DNA from: Magnetococcales bacterium
GTDB lineage: Bacteria > Pseudomonadota > Magnetococcia > Magnetococcales > JADFYX01
Assembly (NCBI GenBank): GCA_002753565.1
Contig: PEAM01000014.1
Span: 12,858-76,857, forward strand
Direction: 5' to 3'
Length of the DNA: 64,000 nt
The notes beneath the pieces were generated by a model. It was not told the DNA's origin and made no database searches. It saw only the letters and a list, made by a program, of their open reading frames with translations. The position numbers and the translations under genes were made by a program. Shown here in pieces: positions 57,144 through 64,000 of this stretch. Numbering within the stretch: position 1 is the stretch's first letter; the number at the start of each line of letters is the position of its first letter.

Positions 57144-58808
57144 ATGCTTCCTACCCTAAGAGTCTACTCAAAAAAGCTGAATAACGTCACCCTTTTTATT
57201 CTCTTAATCTTTTTGATTCCCAGAACTCTCCAAGCAGCTCCGGGTGAAGACAAACAAGCCTATCGAATCCAGCAACAGCTCAAACAGTTTGTTTTCGTTC
57301 CCCTGCCCAGGGAACTTAGCTCGTTAAGCCCCAACCAGCGCCGGATGATCCCTCTTCTTGAAGAGGCGGCCTGGTTGATGGATGGGGTTTTCTGGCAACA
57401 GGCCTACGGCAACAAAGCAGAACTGTTCAAACAGCAGCCCGATGAGGAGAGCAAACGGCTCCTCTCCATCCACTATGGCCCCTGGGACCGCTACAACGGC
57501 AACAGACCACTTTTTCCTGGCGGCAACGCCAAACCCCCAGGAGCCAACTTCTATCCCGCCGACATGAGCCAACAGGAGCTGACAGAGGCGGCTCGCCACA
57601 ATCCCGCCTTAACCAGCCCTTACACCATGGTTCGCCGTGATGATGAGGGTAACCTGATAGCCATTCCCTATCATCACTTTTTTGCCCATGCCCACCAACA
57701 AGCGGCCAACAAGCTGCGTCAGGCGGCCCAACTGGCTGATGATGACGGCTTTCGCCACTATCTGACCCTGCGAGCCGATGCCCTGTTGACGGATAACTAT
57801 CAACCCAGCGATATTGCCTGGATGGCGATGAAAAACAACACCTTGGACCTGATTATCGGCCCCATTGAGATTTATGAAGATTCATTCGGATACAAAGCCT
57901 CCCACGAGGCTTTTTTGCTGCGGAAAGATAGCCGTTGGAGCCAACGGCTGAAACAGTACACCACCCTGCTGCCACTCTGGCAAAAAGCCCTGCCGGTAGC
58001 ACCAGCCTACAAAAAAGAGCAGCCAGGCTCTGAATCCGATCTGGGGGCCTACGATCTGCTTCTCACTACCGGTGATGCCGCCGCAACCCGATCCATTGCC
58101 GTCCACCTTCCCAACGATGAGGCGGTACAGCTTAAGTCTGGCTCCCGGCGTCTTCAGCTAAAAAATGCCATGAAGGCCAAATTCGATCATATTCTCCGTC
58201 CCATAGCCCAACAACTCATCCACCCCGACCAGCGGAGTCTGGTTCGATATGAGCCGTTCTTCAGCAACACCATGCTCCATGAGGTGGCCCATGGCCTGGG
58301 GATCAAAAACCTGTTGGACAAGCCAAACAAAACCGTACGCAGCGCTTTAAAAGAGCTGACCTGGATGTTGGAAGAGGGAAAAGCTGATGCGGTTGGTCTC
58401 TTTATCGCCTCCCAACTCCGCCACTCTGAGGGGTGGGAAGAGCCAAGGTGGCAAGAGACATTGGTCACCTCCTTTGCCTCCCTGTTTCGCTCCATCCGCT
58501 TTGGCCCTACCAGCGCCCACGCCAGAGCCAACCTGATTCGTTTTAACTACCTGAAAGAAAAGCAGGCTTTCAGTCGCAGCCAGTCGGGGCTATATCAAAT
58601 CAACCCCGCCAAAATGGAGCAGGCTATCTCTGCTTTGATTGGCACCCTGTTAACCCTGCAGGGCCACGGTGATTACGAGGGGGTGGTGGCACTGGAAAAA
58701 CGCTATGGCACTCTTGGCCCTCAACTGGATGCAGACCTTAAACGGCTGGCGTTGGCAGAGATCCCTTTGGATGTGGTTTTTGTCTCTTCTTCCCCTGCAC
58801 CACGCTAG
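57144..58808 (+). CDS. Secreted M49 (dipeptidyl-peptidase III)-like zinc hydrolase
   Basis: Signal peptide. HEVAHGLG (HExxH form) followed 28 residues later by EEGKAD, analogous to the second M49 zinc motif EExK/RAE/D. Confidence 0.65.
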   Translation: MLPTLRVYSKKLNNVTLFILLIFLIPRTLQAAPGEDKQAYRIQQQLKQFVFVPLPRELSSLSPNQRRMIPLLEEAAWLMDGVFWQQAYGNKAELFKQQPDEESKRLLSIHYGPWDRYNGNRPLFPGGNAKPPGANFYPADMSQQELTEAARHNPALTSPYTMVRRDDEGNLIAIPYHHFFAHAHQQAANKLRQAAQLADDDGFRHYLTLRADALLTDNYQPSDIAWMAMKNNTLDLIIGPIEIYEDSFGYKASHEAFLLRKDSRWSQRLKQYTTLLPLWQKALPVAPAYKKEQPGSESDLGAYDLLLTTGDAAATRSIAVHLPNDEAVQLKSGSRRLQLKNAMKAKFDHILRPIAQQLIHPDQRSLVRYEPFFSNTMLHEVAHGLGIKNLLDKPNKTVRSALKELTWMLEEGKADAVGLFIASQLRHSEGWEEPRWQETLVTSFASLFRSIRFGPTSAHARANLIRFNYLKEKQAFSRSQSGLYQINPAKMEQAISALIGTLLTLQGHGDYEGVVALEKRYGTLGPQLDADLKRLALAEIPLDVVFVSSSPAPR

Positions 58809-58824
58809 AGTACAAGCCACCTTT

Positions 58825-60312
58825 CTACTCCTTTTTATCAAAGGGGTTGGCCCCTTTTCTAAACAGAATACGGATCGGCACACCAGAAAAATCAAACTGC
58901 TCCCGCAGCTGGTTTTCCAGATATCGCCGATAGGTCTCATGGACCTGATCCGGTCGGTTGGCAAAAATCAGCAGGGTGGGTGGCTCAATATCAATCTGGG
59001 TCATATAGCGAATTTTGATCGCCCGACCGGCCCGACGAGGGGGCGGATGTTTTTCCACCGCCTCACTCAACCAACGGTTCAATCGACCGGTAGAGATACG
59101 CTTCCGGCCAACACGCCAAACCCGGTGGACCGTATCCAGCAAGGTCTCAATTCCCTTACCCCGTTTGGCAGAGATAAACAGAAGGGGGGCATGAGGAAAC
59201 AGGGGAAAAGCATCGCGAACCCGAAGCAGATACTCTTTTTGCGCCTTGCGTCCACCACGGATCAAGTCCCATTTGTTGACCACTATCACCAAACCACAAC
59301 CGGCCTCGGTCGCCAAGGTCGCCACCCGCCGATCCTGATCGCTGATCTCCTCCCGCTCGGCATCCAGCACCAACACCGCCACCTCGGCCCGGTCCACCGC
59401 TTTGAGAGCCGCCATAACCGAAAATTTTTCAATTCGCAGGGCAATACGGCTCTTACGGCGAATACCCGCCGTGTCTATCAGGGTAAATTCTCGCCCCTTC
59501 TTATCGGTAAAAGGGAGGTCAATGGAGTCTCGTGTGGTTCCGGCCACCTCTGAGGCAACCAGGCGATTTTCTCCCAGCAGGCTATTGATCAGAGAGCTTT
59601 TTCCAGCATTGGGACAACCAACCACGGCGACCGCAATCGGTTCATCCACCACCTCCTCCTCAACCACCACCTCCTCTTCGGCCTCCAGCAACTGTGATGC
59701 CTCCTCATCTGCCTGCAACACCCCCTCCTCCTGGGCGGCCGCCTCTTCTGCTGTTTCAAACAGCTCCCGTTCCTCCTCAGCACCCTCCTCAGGTGCAACC
59801 TCTCCTAAAGAGTCCAGGATCGCCTCTCGCAGCGCCTCCATATTTCGCCCATGGGCGGCAGAGATGGGAATGACCGGCTCCAACCCAAAACCATAAAACT
59901 CATAGGCTGACTCTTGCCCCCCCTTCCCTTCGGTCTTGTTGACCGCACAGATGACCGGCTTGCCAGAGCGACGCAGCCTATCCGCAATCAGCCAATCGTC
60001 TGGCAGAGGGCCGGATTGGGCATCGGTCACAAAAATGACCGTGTCCGCCTCTTCCACCGCCAACAGGGTCTGTTCCCGCATGAGGTTGGGGATGATCTCA
60101 GAAGATTTTGGCTCAAAACCGCCCGTATCCACCACATGAAATACCCGACTATCCCAGGAAACCCGACCATATTGACGATCACGGGTCAAACCGGGGGTAT
60201 TGTCCACCAAGGCATCACGGGTTCGGGTCAGGCGGTTAAACAGGGAAGACTTGCCTACGTTAGGACGGCCAACCAGCGCAACAACCGGTAGAATTACACT
60301 ATTTTTTTTCAT
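58825..60312 (-). CDS. der: Ribosome-biogenesis GTPase Der (EngA), two GTPase domains plus KH-like domain
   Basis: GRPNVGKSSLFN and GCPNAGKSSL P-loops, DTGG/DTAG and NKTE/NKWD motifs, acidic inter-domain linker. Confidence 0.95.
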   Translation of the reverse strand: MKKNSVILPVVALVGRPNVGKSSLFNRLTRTRDALVDNTPGLTRDRQYGRVSWDSRVFHVVDTGGFEPKSSEIIPNLMREQTLLAVEEADTVIFVTDAQSGPLPDDWLIADRLRRSGKPVICAVNKTEGKGGQESAYEFYGFGLEPVIPISAAHGRNMEALREAILDSLGEVAPEEGAEEERELFETAEEAAAQEEGVLQADEEASQLLEAEEEVVVEEEVVDEPIAVAVVGCPNAGKSSLINSLLGENRLVASEVAGTTRDSIDLPFTDKKGREFTLIDTAGIRRKSRIALRIEKFSVMAALKAVDRAEVAVLVLDAEREEISDQDRRVATLATEAGCGLVIVVNKWDLIRGGRKAQKEYLLRVRDAFPLFPHAPLLFISAKRGKGIETLLDTVHRVWRVGRKRISTGRLNRWLSEAVEKHPPPRRAGRAIKIRYMTQIDIEPPTLLIFANRPDQVHETYRRYLENQLREQFDFSGVPIRILFRKGANPFDKKE

Positions 60313-60604
60313 TATCGTTCACTTCAAAGAGCAGAGGTATACGACCAATCAACAGGCTGTTTTGTCAGATAGTCGCGTATACCAAAGGGAGGAGCTAAAA
60401 AACAGGAGCACCTGTTCAAGATTATCATTGTTTCATTGAATAACGGTATGGACCGTTAAACAAAAAAACAATTGCAGGGGTCCGGGGAGTACTCACAGCC
60501 ACCAAACAGGGCGGTTTTGGTTTAAAGGCTGCTCTGGCCTACCCCCCTTGGCAAGAGGTTGCCCAAAGTGATGGGGGTAGACCGGCAATATCCTACCTGA
60601 AAAC

Positions 60605-61798
60605 TCAGAGCCCCTTAACGCTGAAACTGATTAAATCTCCATCATTGGTCCAGATATAGAGATTAGAACCATCCACTACCGGGTCGGCAATAATGGGGTC
60701 ACCCAGTTTATTCATACCCATGACCCGACCACTGGTAGGGTCCATGGAGATGAGGCGACCACGATCATCACCGACAATCAACTGATTGCCCAACCTGACC
60801 GGAGCCGTGAGGGTGCCATCGCTGATCTTCACCCGCCACACCTCCAGACCATCTTCTGCACTCATGGAGACAACCTGCCCGTCACCATCCGAAATAAAGA
60901 GCTGCTTTCCCCAAAGCAGAGGACGACGAATGGCAGAAAATTTATGTTTCCAAAATGGCGAACCACTCCCCGGATGAAGAGCCACCACCGAACCTTTATG
61001 GTTGACTGTGTAGATCATGGGTAGAGGAATATCGCTGCTGGCAGCACCTATCACCACCTCGGCATCCACATCTTGTAGTCGGTCCAGCTCACTGCGACCC
61101 ATCATGCGAGAGAGGTTTTCTCCCCACAAAACCTTGCCCTCGTCCAAGCTCAAAGCAAACACCTCGCCAGTTGAGTAGCCAATATAGACTGCCCGACCAT
61201 CGGTAGTTGGTGTCGCAGCCCCCTGAACCACCAATACCATCGGTACCGATGAGTGAGTCCAGAGCCTATCCCCATTGGTTGCATTCAAGGCATAGGTACG
61301 GTTATTCAAGGTGGTGAAGATCACACGCCCCTCAGCAACCAATGGCGCTGAAGCAACCTTGGTCGAAACCTCCGCTCGCCAGACTTGAGAACCGCTCTGC
61401 CGAGAGAGCGCCATCATCTCCCCTTCCACAGTGCCGGCAAACACCCGCTCCTCATCAACCGCCACCCCCCCCACCACCGAAGCGTTCAACCCCACTCTCC
61501 AGACAATCGAACCACTGGCCCGATCAACCCGGACCACATCGCCGTCGTAGGTCCCGACAAAAACAGACTTTTCCGTTACGGCAATCTGCCGGGGATGGCT
61601 CATATAGTCATCAGGAGACCCCTCAATTCCCCGGTCCCAGTTTTCAATCAGATCCAATGACTTCCCCGGTCTAGGCTCTATGTAGCCGGTGATATCCGCC
61701 TCGTCATCACTCCAGAACATATCCGGCATGTACGAACAGCCCGAAAGCCACAACAGAGCCAACCAAAACCCCACTAAAATGCGCCAATTTCCAGCCAT
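60605..61798 (-). CDS. bamB: Outer-membrane protein assembly factor BamB (PQQ-like beta-propeller lipoprotein)
   Basis: Lipobox LWLSGC. Repeated beta-propeller blades (G..Y.....G.l.Al....G...W). Sits in the hisS-yfgM-bamB-der block. Confidence 0.9.
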   Translation of the reverse strand: MAGNWRILVGFWLALLWLSGCSYMPDMFWSDDEADITGYIEPRPGKSLDLIENWDRGIEGSPDDYMSHPRQIAVTEKSVFVGTYDGDVVRVDRASGSIVWRVGLNASVVGGVAVDEERVFAGTVEGEMMALSRQSGSQVWRAEVSTKVASAPLVAEGRVIFTTLNNRTYALNATNGDRLWTHSSVPMVLVVQGAATPTTDGRAVYIGYSTGEVFALSLDEGKVLWGENLSRMMGRSELDRLQDVDAEVVIGAASSDIPLPMIYTVNHKGSVVALHPGSGSPFWKHKFSAIRRPLLWGKQLFISDGDGQVVSMSAEDGLEVWRVKISDGTLTAPVRLGNQLIVGDDRGRLISMDPTSGRVMGMNKLGDPIIADPVVDGSNLYIWTNDGDLISFSVKGL

Positions 61799-61895
61799 TA
61801 CCTTGTACTCCCCACCCTATCCAGCCAAACCGGTTATAAAAAAACCAAAAAGGTTTCGTTCCGGTTGGGTCATGTTGTTTCAGAATCCGTCTCGG

Positions 61896-62543
61896 TTATT
61901 CTGCCCCTGCCAACCGCTCCAACCGCCGGTTCAAACGTTGGCGTAACGCACCATCTGCCCCCTGCTGAATCGCCTGCTGATAACGAGCCGAAGCCATTTG
62001 TCCCTTCCCAGCCTTAGCCAACAGAAGCCCTTCCAGCTCCAGTGCATGGGGGCGGAAAGAGGATTTTTCATCAATTTTTGCCAGAAAATCCAGTGCCTGC
62101 TGTTCGTTGTCCGATGTTAAGTAGGCGGCATTCAAAAGAGCAAGCCCCTGAAGAGGAGAGCCACTGCTCTTGGCGGCCAAAACCTCCAGATGAGCAACCG
62201 CCTCATCCCGTTTACCCGCTTTAGCCAGCACCTGGGCATCGGTCAACCGAGCCAACAAAGCATAACCATGCTCACCATGCTCGGTCATTACCCTCTGCAA
62301 AATCTCCTCAGCCCCCGCCCTGTCGCCCTTTTTTTCCAAAACCTGGGCCTGGATATAGAGGTCTGAAATGGTTCGGTCTTCCTTCAGGCGTGCATCACGC
62401 CAACTGACATAGGCAAACAGACTGGCAAACAGCACAATCAGGGCGCCGATAATCCATTTTTGATTATCACGCCAAAATTTTTGGGCCTTGTCCGCATCGA
62501 GTTGTTCATCTACCTGCTCGAAAATGGTATCAATCTGAGCCAT
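61896..62543 (-). CDS. yfgM: YfgM-like membrane-anchored TPR protein
   Basis: N-terminal cytoplasmic segment, one TM (WIIGALIVLFASLFAYVSW) and a TPR-like periplasmic domain. Conserved position between hisS and bamB. Confidence 0.75.
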   Translation of the reverse strand: MAQIDTIFEQVDEQLDADKAQKFWRDNQKWIIGALIVLFASLFAYVSWRDARLKEDRTISDLYIQAQVLEKKGDRAGAEEILQRVMTEHGEHGYALLARLTDAQVLAKAGKRDEAVAHLEVLAAKSSGSPLQGLALLNAAYLTSDNEQQALDFLAKIDEKSSFRPHALELEGLLLAKAGKGQMASARYQQAIQQGADGALRQRLNRRLERLAGAE

Positions 62544-62561
62544 GCTCTCGTCCTCATTTAT

Positions 62562-63821
62562 TTAGGATAGGGTTTGCAAAAGGGAGCGCACATGATCCAC
62601 AGCCCCCTCAAGGGCCACGGTATGTTGCGTACCATCAGCCATCTGTTTGAATACCACGGTTTTCTCCGTCACCTCCCGATCGGCAACAATTGCCGTAATC
62701 GGGGCCTTTGAACGTCCGGCCCGCTTCATTTGTGCCTTCATGGAGCCTTCGGCGAGGTTTGTCTCCACAGAGAGTCCAGCCGACCGAAGCCGTTCTGCAA
62801 GAGACAACCCTACCCCCTGGGCCTCCTCTCCCACCATCACAAGATAGACCGTCGCAACCGGATCGACAACCCGACCCTCCTCCAGAAGCAAGACCAGCCG
62901 CTCCAACCCCATGGCAAAACCGATAGCTGGGGTTGATTGTCCACCTATCTCTGCCACCAAGCCATCATAACGGCCTCCAGCAGCTACCGCATTTTGAGAT
63001 CCCAAGGCATCGGTGGTTACCTCAAAGGCGGTTCGATTGTAATAGTCCAGCCCCCGAACCATACGGGGATTGATCTGATAGGAGAGACCCAGCCGATCAA
63101 GATGGGCGGTCAACCCGGAAAAATGGTCAGCACAGACCGGGCAGAGGTGGTCTCGCATGTGGGGTGCCCGTTGGGCCACCTCGCCACACGGCTCTTTTTT
63201 ACAATCCAACACCCGAAGGGGATTGCGTGCCATCCTATTCTGACAATTACCACAAAGCCGCTCTTGCTCGGCTGTTAAAAAAGCCAGCAACTGCACCCGA
63301 TAAGGGTCTCGACAGACCGGACATCCCAGAGAGTTGATCTCCAAGGTCAGATTTCCCGCCACCCCCGCTTCGGCAAAAAACCGCATCACCATGGCCATCA
63401 GCTCCGCATCAGCCAGAGGGCCTTCCGGGCCGAACAGCTCACAGCCAATCTGATGAAACTGCCGTTGACGCCCCTTTTGAGGACGCTCATAACGAAACAT
63501 CGGCCCCATATAAAAGACCCGCCAGGGAAGAAGGCGATGCATGCTGTTGTTGATGAAGGCCCGAACCACCGAGGCGGTCCCCTCTGGGCGCAGACTTAAA
63601 GAGTCTCCCCCCCGGTCGGCAAAGGAGTACATCTCCTTTTCGACAATATCGCTGGTGGCCCCGACAGCCCTGGCGAACAGCTCACTCTTTTCAAAAATCG
63701 GGGTGCGCAGCTCCCGATAGCCATAGCCGGAAAAAACCCGTCTGGCGGTGGCCTCCAGGTAGTGCCAGGTGGTCATCTCCTCGGGAAGAATGTCATGTAC
63801 ACCTCGTACCGTCTTGATCAT
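62562..63821 (-). CDS. hisS: Histidine--tRNA ligase
   Basis: 419 aa. GVHDILP start. Class II motifs (FRYERPQKGRQRQFHQ, GGRYD) and a C-terminal anticodon-binding domain. Confidence 0.95.
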   Translation of the reverse strand: MIKTVRGVHDILPEEMTTWHYLEATARRVFSGYGYRELRTPIFEKSELFARAVGATSDIVEKEMYSFADRGGDSLSLRPEGTASVVRAFINNSMHRLLPWRVFYMGPMFRYERPQKGRQRQFHQIGCELFGPEGPLADAELMAMVMRFFAEAGVAGNLTLEINSLGCPVCRDPYRVQLLAFLTAEQERLCGNCQNRMARNPLRVLDCKKEPCGEVAQRAPHMRDHLCPVCADHFSGLTAHLDRLGLSYQINPRMVRGLDYYNRTAFEVTTDALGSQNAVAAGGRYDGLVAEIGGQSTPAIGFAMGLERLVLLLEEGRVVDPVATVYLVMVGEEAQGVGLSLAERLRSAGLSVETNLAEGSMKAQMKRAGRSKAPITAIVADREVTEKTVVFKQMADGTQHTVALEGAVDHVRSLLQTLS

Positions 63822-63847
63822 GTTATTCTATTATCCACTCTGCATCT

Positions 63848-64000
63848 CTAGGCTTTGTTATCTCGAATCTTCGCCGCAGCCAACTCCACTTCCTGAACCA
63901 GTCGGCTGACCAACTGATGGTCTTCTATCTTCTCTGCAGGCTTGCCGTCGAGGTAAAGAAGATTATCTCCACCCCCACCCACCAGACCAACATGGCACTC
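63848..64000 (-). CDS. ispG: 4-hydroxy-3-methylbut-2-enyl diphosphate synthase IspG, C-terminal 50 codons (the rest lies beyond the window)
   Basis: The minus-strand translation ECHVGLVGGGGDNLLYLDGKPAEKIEDHQLVSRLVQEVELAAAKIRDNKA* resembles the IspG C-terminus. The ispG-hisS adjacency is as in E. coli. Confidence 0.8.
   Translation of the reverse strand, partial: ECHVGLVGGGGDNLLYLDGKPAEKIEDHQLVSRLVQEVELAAAKIRDNKA

Noticed and set aside
60539-60580. Imperfect 40-nt hairpin (ctaccccc...gggggtag with an inner ttggcaa/ttgcccaa stem) in the 290-bp bamB-der spacer, considered as a terminator or sRNA
   Set aside because: There is no T-run on either strand and no similarity to the repeat family or to any ncRNA I recognise. 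It is left unannotated.

Overview
64 kb chromosomal segment of a moderately GC-rich Gram-negative (proteobacterial-type) genome. I call about 57 protein genes, one tRNA-Leu(UAA), one decayed IS fragment, several hairpin terminators, one sigma-28-type promoter and a family of mosaic intergenic repeats. I saw no rRNA, CRISPR array, intact mobile element, prophage or recognisable defence system. Most of the window is housekeeping DNA in familiar synteny blocks: leuC-[GST]-leuD-leuB-asd-fimV-like, rluC<>rne, ispG-hisS-yfgM-bamB-der, and xerD/methyltransferase<>gloB. Interleaved are energy and sulfur genes: a monomeric isocitrate dehydrogenase, a three-subunit SdhA/SdhB/CCG-subunit succinate dehydrogenase or fumarate reductase, and a compact dsrN-dsrEFH-dsrJOP block next to hemH. 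There are also sensory and motility genes: a CHASE-PAS histidine kinase, a Cache-HAMP-MCP-CZB-hemerythrin chemoreceptor, a 159-aa receptor-tip-only protein, and a divergent flagellin with a FliA-type promoter. The gene content (reverse-Dsr components, hemerythrin chemoreceptor, HdrB-like fumarate reductase subunit) resembles sulfur-oxidising microaerophilic autotrophs such as magnetotactic cocci. That is an inference only. I found no single, clearly novel multi-gene system. The best candidates for follow-up are five. (1) A BIME/MITE-like mosaic repeat family whose hairpin changes sequence but stays paired, mostly placed just 3' of stop codons, with one copy abutting an IS110-family remnant. 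(2) An intact orphan Mu-gp29/DUF935 portal-like gene between two chemoreceptor genes. (3) The mini-receptor, and the shared non-canonical hairpin tip of both receptors. (4) The rearranged dsr sub-cluster lacking dsrAB/C/MK/L. (5) A radical-SAM(ArsS-like)/unknown/SapC trio facing a cytochrome c with a CX4CH site.
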